DNA of 64,000 bases. Source: an uncultured Acidobacteriota bacterium (GTDB taxonomy: Bacteria > Acidobacteriota > Vicinamibacteria > Vicinamibacterales > CAVPJW01). The notes beneath the pieces were generated by a model. The model searched no databases and was not told where the DNA came from. It saw nothing but the letters and a program-made list of their open reading frames with translations. A program made the position numbers and the translations under genes. The DNA is taken from NCBI GenBank assembly GCA_963826865.1, contig CAWGYQ010000002.1:162241-226240 (forward strand), written 5' to 3'. This document shows positions 56,777 through 64,000 of this stretch, piece after piece; position 1 is the stretch's first letter, and each line of letters begins with the position of its first letter.

Positions 56777-58043
56777 TCAGTTCTGACCGGCGGGCTGCGG
56801 AACGGGCGGATCGATCTGCACGGTCGAGTCCAAGTACAGCGCGGTGACGCGGCCGTCTAGAATTTCCAGAGCTGACGCGCGCCCGCCCGTGTAGTGGCTC
56901 ACGAGCATGCCCGTGTCGATGAGGAACACGCGCCGCTGGAACCTGGGCGTGATGCGCCCGGACGCCGGCACGGTGTGCCCCACGACGATGCGATTGACAT
57001 GCTGGCCCTGGAGAATCGGCCCGATCTCCCGGGCGCCCTGCTCTGCGGTCCACAACGCGTAGCCACGGAACCAGAGCGGACCATCCTCGCGCACCACGGA
57101 CCATTCGCGAATCGCCTGCAGGCTGCGCATCACTTCAAGGTGTGCGGCGTCGAACACCCCGATCCCCGGCGCCAGATCCAGCGCCGACGGCTGTTTCGCC
57201 GCTGCGGCCGCGAGCGATTTCTCGGCTTCCAGGGCTTCGAGTATCTGGTTGATGTCGAACCACGGCAGAATCACCTTGCGATCGACGAGATGCCGGCGGG
57301 CTTCGTCGAGGTTCTTGATTTCCTTCTGCACCTGACGGCTCAGCGTGTCCGGTTTTTCCCCAGCCAGACGCGGGCTGATCCCACCGTGAAGAAAGAGCGT
57401 ATCGTCGATCTGTACCACGGTCTCCCGGGAACGCAGCCAGCGGCCATACTTGCCGTCGGGCCCAAGCGCCTCGACGTTACTCGAGATAGCCCGGGGGATG
57501 CGCCTCCATCCACTCCTCTTTGGAAGGCACCTGATAGATCTTCGGCGGATTCGAAAACACCTTCTGTCTCGCCCGGCAGAACTCGGCGTATCTCTCGTAC
57601 GCCTGATCGCGGCGCGCCAGCGAACCCTCGTCTGCGAAACTCTCGTATGCGGCCGGCGGCACATCGTGCAGGTCGCCGATGAGGTTCATCGTCTCGTGGT
57701 TGCCGAGCAGCGGGATCACGCGTCCACCGCTCGCTGAAGCCTGCTGTTCGAGAGCCATCAGCAGGTCGAGCGCGGCGCGCACCTGGGGGCCGCGATCCAT
57801 GACATCGCCGGTCTGGACCATGATGGTCGATCCGCCGATCCACCGGCGCGACGCATCGGTCAATCCGATCTTCTGGAGGATCTCCGCGAAGCTGTCCGCG
57901 TCTCCATGGATGTCGCCAATACTGACAACCCGGAGACTGGCCGGCGTCCGGCCCTTCATCGGGAGGCCTGGCCCCTGGCTCTGCGCGACGGCGGCCGTCG
58001 CGAACAGTGTCAGCGCCACGATTCCGACTGTCAGGCCACGCAT
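56777..58043 (-). pseudogene. secreted calcineurin-like metallophosphoesterase (about 421 aa), frame broken by a 1-nt insertion at 57476-57480
   Basis: Signal peptide MRGLTVGIVALTLFATAAVAQS. Motifs GDIHGD, GDVMDRG and GNHE lie in the upstream ORF, which ends ...HPPGYLE-TAA. The downstream frame continues VEALGPDGKYGRWL...LFLHGG...VVGHTV. The span is 1267 nt, i.e. 422 codons plus 1. Confidence 0.8.
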
Positions 58044-58047
58044 GGGT

Positions 58048-59961
58048 CTACGTCCTGCCCTTGGCCACCGTGTCGCCCGCTCCGCAGAGGGCCGTTACGG
58101 TCGAGACGATGTGCGCGGCCGAAATGCCGTAGCGATCGAGCAGCTCCTGCGGCTTTCCGCTGCGCGGTATTTCGCGAACCGCCAGACGGTGAACCGTGAT
58201 GCCCGCGCCGGCCACGGCGGCAGCCACCGCGTCGCCGATCCCTCCCGCCGCATAGTGATCCTCGACCGTAATGACGAGCCCGTTCGTGGCGCGGGCGGCG
58301 GCAATCAGTGTCGATTCGTCGATGGGTTGCACCGAATAGAGATCGACGACCCGGATTGAAAGGCCGCGTGCGGCGAGGATCTCGAATGCCTCGAGTGTCT
58401 CGAAGAGTGTGACGCCGGCCGCGACGACCGTCGCGATGTCCCGGGAGCTCTCACGCACCACTTTCGAGCCGCCAATCGGGAAGCGTTCGTCGGAGGAGTA
58501 GATCACCGGGGTCTTGGGACGACTGAGCCGGATGTAGGCGGGTCCGGCCACGCTCGCCACGGTGTTGACCAGCGACTCACAGCTCACGGCATCGGACGGA
58601 TAGAGCACCGTGAAGTTCGGCTGCGCGCGCATCATGGCCAGGTCCTCGAGCGCCATCTGCGAGGGTCCGTCCTCGCCGATCGAGACGCCGGCATGACTGC
58701 CCGCAAGCTTCACGTTGAGGTTGCTGATGGCGGCCATGCGGATGAAATCGTAGGCCCGCGTGAGAAAGCAGGCAAACGTGGAGGGGAACGGAATGGCGCC
58801 GCGCGCGGCCAGACCCATCGCGGCACCCACCATGACCTGCTCGGCGATGAACGTCTCGTGAAATCGCTCGGGCGCGACCGCCTCGAACTTCTCGCTGAAC
58901 GTCGAATTGGCGACGTCCGCGTCGAGCGCGACGATGCGGCCGTCGCGCCGGCCGAGCGAGGCGAGCGCGGCGCCGAACGCCTCACGGGTGGCAACCGAAT
59001 CGCCCACCTTGTAAGCCGTCTGCGGATTCGGGAGCGACGAACCTGTTTCGGCGCGGGCCGACGGTGGCTTCGGAATCTGGACCAGCCCGGCGCTCTTCGC
59101 GGGCGGGGTACCATCGGGAAGCGTCATGAACTGCGCCGCGAGCTCCGCGATCGCGGCGTCGGCCTCCGTTCCCAGCTTCAGCGCCTTCCCGTGCCAGCCG
59201 TTCTTTCCTTCCATGAGCGACACGCCCTTGCCCTTGATTGTGCGCGCCAGAATCATGGTGGGCTGCTGCCGGGTGTCCCGCGCTTCGCGCAGGGCCTCCA
59301 GTACGGCCTTCAGATCGTGACCATCGACGATGATCGTGTGCCAGCCGAAGGCCCGCCAGCGACGCGCGTACTGATCCATGTCGTGGCGAAACATCGTGGG
59401 CCGGCTCTGACCGAGCGCGTTGACGTCGGTGACGGCACACAAGTTGTCCAGATGGCCATAGCTGGCGACCTCGGCGGCTTCCCAGACCGATCCTTCGGCA
59501 GTCTCGCCATCGCCGAGGAGCACGTAGGTGCGATAGTCCGAGCCGATTCGCCGCGCGTTCAGCGCGATACCGACCGCCGCGCAGATGCCCTGTCCCAGCG
59601 ACCCCGTCGCGACGTCGACGAATGGCAGTCGTGGCGTCGGATGGCCCTCGAGATCGGAGCCGATCTCACGCAGCCGCAGCAGCTCGTCCTCGGGCACGAT
59701 GCCCGCCTGGGCCCACGCGGCGTAGAGAATCGGCGCCGCATGGCCTTTCGACAACACGAAGCGATCGCTCTCGGGATTCTTCGGATCATGGGGATCGAAA
59801 CGCATCTCGGCAAAAAAGAGCGCGGCGACGATCTCGGCGGCCGAGCAGCAGGTGGATGGATGACCGCTGCCCGCGACCGACGTGGACCGTACGGAGTCTA
59901 TGCGGAGCTGGGTGGCGATGTTATGAAGGATCGGGAGAAGCGTGGATCCATCGGACGGCAC
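58048..59961 (-). CDS. tkt: transketolase
   Basis: 637-aa ORF. TPP-binding region GSGHPSTCCSAAEIVAALFF, GDGETAEGSVWEA, plus the Pyr and C-terminal domains. Confidence 0.88.
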   Translation of the reverse strand: MPSDGSTLLPILHNIATQLRIDSVRSTSVAGSGHPSTCCSAAEIVAALFFAEMRFDPHDPKNPESDRFVLSKGHAAPILYAAWAQAGIVPEDELLRLREIGSDLEGHPTPRLPFVDVATGSLGQGICAAVGIALNARRIGSDYRTYVLLGDGETAEGSVWEAAEVASYGHLDNLCAVTDVNALGQSRPTMFRHDMDQYARRWRAFGWHTIIVDGHDLKAVLEALREARDTRQQPTMILARTIKGKGVSLMEGKNGWHGKALKLGTEADAAIAELAAQFMTLPDGTPPAKSAGLVQIPKPPSARAETGSSLPNPQTAYKVGDSVATREAFGAALASLGRRDGRIVALDADVANSTFSEKFEAVAPERFHETFIAEQVMVGAAMGLAARGAIPFPSTFACFLTRAYDFIRMAAISNLNVKLAGSHAGVSIGEDGPSQMALEDLAMMRAQPNFTVLYPSDAVSCESLVNTVASVAGPAYIRLSRPKTPVIYSSDERFPIGGSKVVRESSRDIATVVAAGVTLFETLEAFEILAARGLSIRVVDLYSVQPIDESTLIAAARATNGLVITVEDHYAAGGIGDAVAAAVAGAGITVHRLAVREIPRSGKPQELLDRYGISAAHIVSTVTALCGAGDTVAKGRT

Positions 59962-59988
59962 GAGAGACCTCCACGAAGCATAGGTACG

Positions 59989-61560
59989 CTATGAGAGCGG
60001 CGGATGTGATCGAGAAAAGGACGCGAGCTCGAGCGCGGCCAACCCGTAGGCCGCTCCGTGCGCGCCGTGTTTGCGGTACACCAAGGTTTGGGACGCAAGC
60101 GTCTGCCGGGCCCAGTCGCCGTATTCGGCCCGTTCGCTCAGAGCCGCGAGGGCGGCCAGTGCCCGGGCGGCTTCACAATTCGTATCCAGCGGTTTGATGC
60201 GTTCGGCCAGGAGCCCGATATCGCCATCCTCGGCAACCGGCGCGCTCCGATCGAAGAACCCGCCGCGCGCCTGGTCCCACAAGGTACGCCGCGCGTACTG
60301 CATCAGCTCCTCGGCGAGCATGACGTACGGCACGCGGCCCGTCAATTGTGCGGCCGTTACCAGAGACCACGCCGCCCGAACCTGATCGACGAGCAGCCCG
60401 CGCACGTGCGGACGGTCGGTATGGTAGTGGGCCAGGCCCGCGCCCGGACGATAGAGCGCCAGCACCACACGCTCGAGCGACGACAACGCCAGTTCCATGA
60501 GCGACGAGTCGTCAAGACTGTCGCCGACCAACAGCAACGAACTAGCGACCTCGGCATTCACGTCCGCGTAGAGCGTCCGATCGACGGAATCGGGATCGCA
60601 CGTGACTCGCTCCGTGGCATCGCGCTGGCCGTGATCGGCACGCTCGCTCGCGAAGAAACCCCCATGTTCCGTATCGACCATCCTCGTCCGGATCCAGCTC
60701 AACGCGCCCATCGCCCGCGCTCGATAGCGGGGGGAACCGAGCAGGGTGGCCGCCTCGAGACAGATTGTCGTGAGTCGCGCGTTGTCGGCTACGAGCTTCT
60801 CGGGACTCTGGCCGGTCCAATCCCGATGCGCCGCATATCGAAAGAACCCGCCTTCTCGCTCGTCGTACAGATGCTCGCAGATGGCGTCGAGCGATCGCGT
60901 GAGAACGACCGCGACCTCCGAATCCGCGCTCTCCCGGTACCGGGCCAGCAGCAGCCCGAGCGCCGCCGGCATCGGGTACTTTGGACCGTCGCCGAATCCC
61001 CCGCGAGCCGCATCGGCCTCGGCAAGCAGGTGCTCGACGAGCCAATCCGCGGCATCAACATCAATCGGCGCCTCCGGTTCGGGTTCGGTGGTCTGACTGG
61101 GCGATGCCGCCAATCCGCCGAGCGCCTCTTGTGGTACGGACAGCGTCTCGATGGCCTCGCGGGATCGCTCGAGCAGCGACATCAGCTCCTGCACCTCCAG
61201 GAACGTACCACCCGACAGAACTTCACCCTCCGATGTCAGAAGCGCCGTCGTCGGCCATCCCCCCAGGTTGTATCGCTCGTTGATGTCCGGTCTCCTGTCG
61301 GCGTCGACCCGCACGGCGATCCAGTCACGCCGCACGAGCGCGACCACGGCAGGATCCGCGAACACGAGCCGCTCCATGGCGGCACACCCCGCGGACCAGC
61401 GAGCCGTGAGAAACAGAAGCACACCCTTGCGCGACTGGCGTGCTGCGCCAAACGGTATACCGCTCCACTCGTGCCAGTGGACGGACGCCTCGGCGACGCG
61501 TCGATGCGCGATCTCTACTGGATAAACCTTCATCTGCACGCCTTCGTCGAGCCGCTTCAT
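59989..61560 (-). CDS. thioredoxin-fold DUF255 (YyaL/SSP411-like) protein
   Basis: 523-aa ORF. N-terminus VHWHEWSGIPFGAARQSRKGVLLFLTARWSAGCAAMERLVFADP...VRVDADRRPDINERY aligns with the DUF255 thioredoxin-like module. The C-terminal part looks like alpha/alpha-toroid repeats. Confidence 0.7.
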   Translation of the reverse strand: MKRLDEGVQMKVYPVEIAHRRVAEASVHWHEWSGIPFGAARQSRKGVLLFLTARWSAGCAAMERLVFADPAVVALVRRDWIAVRVDADRRPDINERYNLGGWPTTALLTSEGEVLSGGTFLEVQELMSLLERSREAIETLSVPQEALGGLAASPSQTTEPEPEAPIDVDAADWLVEHLLAEADAARGGFGDGPKYPMPAALGLLLARYRESADSEVAVVLTRSLDAICEHLYDEREGGFFRYAAHRDWTGQSPEKLVADNARLTTICLEAATLLGSPRYRARAMGALSWIRTRMVDTEHGGFFASERADHGQRDATERVTCDPDSVDRTLYADVNAEVASSLLLVGDSLDDSSLMELALSSLERVVLALYRPGAGLAHYHTDRPHVRGLLVDQVRAAWSLVTAAQLTGRVPYVMLAEELMQYARRTLWDQARGGFFDRSAPVAEDGDIGLLAERIKPLDTNCEAARALAALAALSERAEYGDWARQTLASQTLVYRKHGAHGAAYGLAALELASFSRSHPPLS

Positions 61561-61566
61561 TATAAT
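61561..61566 (+). promoter_or_regulatory. perfect TATAAT hexamer 7 nt upstream of the DUF4149 start codon (possible leaderless transcript)
   Basis: TATAAT at 61561-61566, then tgcccgt, then ATG 61574. No Shine-Dalgarno can fit in between. No good -35. Confidence 0.3.
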
Positions 61567-61573
61567 TGCCCGT

Positions 61574-62065
61574 ATGTTCGTGCTGCGCTATCTCTATGTG
61601 CTCGCCTTGGTCGTCTGGATCGGTGGCATGGTCGTGCTCGGCAGCATCGTGGCGCCTGCCACCTTCGAAGTGTTGCAGCGCCAGGAGCCGGGGCGTGGAC
61701 GATCGCTGGCCGGCGCGGTGTTCAGCGAATCGCTCAGTCGATTCTCGTGGGTGGCGTATGGAGCGGGCGTGACCGTGATTGCCTCGCTCGCCGTCATGGC
61801 GCTCATCGGACCCCGGCCACGCGGATTCGGCATGCGCACCGCGATTGCGGCGACGATGCTGGGCATCGCGCTCTATTCGGGCTTCTTCCTGAGCGCCAGG
61901 ATCACCCGGCTGCAGGCGGAGGTGCCGGGCCAGATCGTGGACCTCCCCGCCAACGACCCGCGTCGCGCAGAGTTCGGCCGCGCGCATGGTTTGGCGACCA
62001 TGTTGATGCTCGTCAACCTCGCCGGCGGCCTGGCCCTGCTGGTATGGGAAGCCAGGGAAAACTGA
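61574..62065 (+). CDS. DUF4149 (TMEM205-like) membrane protein
   Basis: 163-aa ORF with four hydrophobic segments. N-terminus MFVLRYLYVLALVVWIGGMVVLGSIVAPATFEVL is typical of DUF4149. Confidence 0.55.
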   Translation: MFVLRYLYVLALVVWIGGMVVLGSIVAPATFEVLQRQEPGRGRSLAGAVFSESLSRFSWVAYGAGVTVIASLAVMALIGPRPRGFGMRTAIAATMLGIALYSGFFLSARITRLQAEVPGQIVDLPANDPRRAEFGRAHGLATMLMLVNLAGGLALLVWEAREN

Positions 62066-62511
62066 TGCCGTCCCTCCACGAGTCCGTCGAGGCGTGCCTC
62101 AGCCTCGAGCTCCCCTCGATTTCCGATCCGTGGGACCGCATGACACGTGCCGTCGACACGCTGAAATCGCGCATGCCCGACTATGCCTGGGTCGGCATCT
62201 ATCTGCTCGATGGCCACGAGCTCGTGCTCGGCCCGTTCCGCGGTAAGCCGTCGCCGCACACGAGAATTCCACTTGCCCGAGGCATTTGCGGCGCCGCCGC
62301 CACCGCGAAGGCCACCATCGTCGTCGACGATGTGCGTCAGGATCCGAGGTATCTCGCCTGCAGCATCGAGACGCGTTCGGAGATCGTGGTGCCGATCCTT
62401 CGCGGAGACGCGCTCGTCGGCGAAATCGACGTCGACAGCGACCGTCTGGCGGCGTTCGGCGACGACGATCGCCGCCTGATTGAGTCGGTCGCCAAACTGC
62501 TGGCGGTTTGA
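62065..62511 (+). CDS. msrC: GAF-domain protein, free methionine-(R)-sulfoxide reductase (YebR/MsrC) family
   Basis: 148 aa. The ATG overlaps the upstream TGA (TGATG). WVGIYLLDGHELVLGPFRGKP...RIPLARGICGAAA...YLACSIETRSEIVVPIL..ALVGEIDVDS parallels E. coli YebR, including two of the three Cys positions. Confidence 0.7.
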   Translation: MPSLHESVEACLSLELPSISDPWDRMTRAVDTLKSRMPDYAWVGIYLLDGHELVLGPFRGKPSPHTRIPLARGICGAAATAKATIVVDDVRQDPRYLACSIETRSEIVVPILRGDALVGEIDVDSDRLAAFGDDDRRLIESVAKLLAV

Positions 62512-62533
62512 GCGCCGAAGAAAGCTGGCTGTC

Positions 62534-63559
62534 GTGACACATACGCTGACACTGATTCCCGGCGACGGTATCGGCCCCGAAGTCACTGACGCCGTGGTCC
62601 GAGTTCTGGCCGCCTCGGGCGCCGACATCGTCTGGGAGCGCCTGGATGCCGGGGCCGTGGCTGTCGAGCGGGGCGGAGAACCGCTGCCCGAGGAGCTTCT
62701 CGAATCGATTCAGCGGAACAAGGTGGCGCTCAAGGGTCCGGTGACCACGCCCATCGGCGAAGGGTTCACGAGCGTCAACGTCGGGTTGCGGAAGAAGCTC
62801 GAGTTGTATGCGAACCTGCGCCCCGTACGGAGCCTCCCGCAGATCCTCACGCGCTTCCAGGACGTCGATCTCGTCATCGTCCGCGAGAACACCGAGGACC
62901 TCTATTCCGGACTCGAGCACGAGATCGTGCCTGGCGTGGTCGAGAGCCTGAAGATCATCACGCGCCAGGCATCGACGCGCGTTGCCGAGTTCGCCTTCGA
63001 GTACGCGCGTCAGCACGGGCGACGGCTGGTGACGGCCGTCCACAAGGCCAACATTCTCAAGCTCGGCGACGGCTTGTTTCTCGACAGCGTGCGAGCAGTC
63101 GCGAAGACTCACCCTGAGATCAAGTACGCCGAGCGAATCGTCGATGCCACGTGCATGCAGCTCGTGATGGATCCGACGGTGTTCGACGTGCTGCTGCTGC
63201 CGAATCTCTACGGCGACATCGTGTCGGATCTGTGCGCGGGCCTCGTGGGAGGGCTGGGTGTCGTGCCGGCCGCCAATCTCGGCGTGCACGCTGCCGTGTT
63301 CGAGGCCGTGCATGGAAGCGCACCGGACATCGCCGGCAAGAACGTCGCGAATCCTACCGCGCTGCTGCTGTCGGCCGTCCTGATGCTTCGTCACATTGGC
63401 GAGACGGCCCGCGCCGACGTCATCCAGGCGGCGGTCGACGAGGTGCTCGGGTCGGGTCCGCGCACGCGCGACCTGGGCGGCTCCGCGTCGACCACGGAGT
63501 ACGCCGACGCGCTGTGCCGGGCCGTCGAGAACCGGCTCTCGCGCGGGGGCGTGGTATAG
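62534..63559 (+). CDS. isocitrate dehydrogenase, NAD-dependent type (isocitrate/isopropylmalate dehydrogenase family)
   Basis: 341 aa from GTG 62534. Motifs LIPGDGIGPEV, KGPVTTPIGEGFTSVNVGLRKKLELYANLRP, VIVRENTEDLYSGLEH, VHKANILKLGDGLF and NLYGDIVSDLCAGLVGGLG resemble IDH3-like NAD-IDH. Confidence 0.8.
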   Translation: MTHTLTLIPGDGIGPEVTDAVVRVLAASGADIVWERLDAGAVAVERGGEPLPEELLESIQRNKVALKGPVTTPIGEGFTSVNVGLRKKLELYANLRPVRSLPQILTRFQDVDLVIVRENTEDLYSGLEHEIVPGVVESLKIITRQASTRVAEFAFEYARQHGRRLVTAVHKANILKLGDGLFLDSVRAVAKTHPEIKYAERIVDATCMQLVMDPTVFDVLLLPNLYGDIVSDLCAGLVGGLGVVPAANLGVHAAVFEAVHGSAPDIAGKNVANPTALLLSAVLMLRHIGETARADVIQAAVDEVLGSGPRTRDLGGSASTTEYADALCRAVENRLSRGGVV

Positions 63560-63576
63560 TGCGGCCACCCTCCCCA

Positions 63577-64000
63577 ATGATGTCCGACGAGATCACGCAG
63601 GCGGTGCTCTCGCGCGAAGAGGTCGCGCGCTACCTGCGGGGCGCGCACGGTCAGCCTGAAGCCCGCGAGCGAATCTACGCGTATCTCGACGAACTGCGCA
63701 CGCGGCAGCGTTATGTCATCTATCGCGCGCTGAAGCACCCGCTCTATCCCATTCTCCGCAAGATTGAACGCATTCCCGAGAACCTCGAGGTCGTGACGAG
63801 GGCGACCACGAAGGGCCGGGTCATTTATGCCTCGAATCACAAGAGCCACATCGACTACCTGGTCGAGCCGCTGATCCTCGATGACAACGGCATCCGCCCG
63901 CCGATCATCGCCGCCGGCATCAACCTCTTTGGCGGCCCGCTCGGCGTGCTCCACCGTCACGTCACCGGCGCGATTCCGATCCGGCGCGACACGAAAGACC
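63577..64000 (+). CDS. glycerol-3-phosphate acyltransferase (PlsB-like), N-terminal part; gene runs off the right edge
   Basis: ATG 63577. ...VIYASNHKSHIDYLVEPLILDDNGIRPPIIAAGINLFGGPLGVLHRHVTGAIPIRRD matches PlsB blocks I-III (HxxxxD, AAGINL, FIRR-like). Confidence 0.7.
   Translation, partial: MMSDEITQAVLSREEVARYLRGAHGQPEARERIYAYLDELRTRQRYVIYRALKHPLYPILRKIERIPENLEVVTRATTKGRVIYASNHKSHIDYLVEPLILDDNGIRPPIIAAGINLFGGPLGVLHRHVTGAIPIRRDTKD

Noticed and set aside
1-64000. Looked for CRISPR arrays, tandem or interspersed repeats, IS elements, integrases, toxin-antitoxin pairs, restriction-modification or other defence genes, and AT-rich islands
   Set aside because: I saw none by eye. Gene content is housekeeping, envelope, respiration and signalling throughout, and composition looks uniform. 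An exhaustive repeat search cannot be done manually.

Overview
GC-rich bacterial chromosomal core region (about two-thirds G+C by eye), densely coding on both strands. I saw no rRNA, CRISPR array, transposase, integrase or prophage signal. Gene content and style (TPR/HEAT fusions, Hanks kinases, heptose-LPS genes) suggest Acidobacteriota or Gemmatimonadota, but that is inference only.

Layout:
- 1-6.2 kb (minus strand): conserved block TPR protein, LolB-like lipoprotein, ispE, tRNA-Gln, prs, rplY, pth, rpsF.
- 6.3-9.9 kb: LPS-core/heptose genes (Trm112-like, GT9 heptosyltransferase, O-antigen-ligase-like, heptose-7-P kinase).
- 9.9-14.2 kb: purH, cspA with a near-consensus promoter and GC-hairpin terminator, a small orphan gene, selA.
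- 14.2-26.4 kb (minus strand): a nuo (complex I) operon in the order A-B-C-[gmhA]-D-E-F-H-J-K-L-M-N. nuoG and nuoI are absent and a heptose isomerase gene sits inside it.
- 26.5-38.1 kb: GT4 glycosyltransferase, a large PDZ/multi-TM/GAF/Cys-cluster/Hanks-kinase protein, an FMN hydroxy-acid dehydrogenase, an Nramp-like transporter, lhr helicase.
- 38.1-48 kb: fdhD plus a YdeP/FdhF-like molybdoenzyme, cardiolipin synthase, DapB-like dehydrogenase, a membrane-anchored P450, a DinB-family protein, a secreted M1 peptidase.
- 48-56.7 kb: a polytopic membrane protein, a divergent pair of giant TLC(ATP/ADP-translocase-like)-HEAT fusion proteins (one with two cNMP-binding domains), a secreted PI3/PI4-kinase-like protein.
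- 56.8-64 kb: a DUF255-tkt-metallophosphoesterase operon, DUF4149, MsrC-like GAF protein, NAD-IDH, partial plsB-like acyltransferase.

The most striking observation is that five conserved genes (nuoN, nuoF, lhr, M1 peptidase, metallophosphoesterase) each carry exactly one single-nucleotide indel, and every indel can be placed on or next to a GTAC tetranucleotide. This is either a motif-specific sequencing artefact, probably linked to methylation, or a site-specific lesion process.

Many very long alternative-frame ORFs in the supplied track are stop-codon-poor GC artefacts and are not called.
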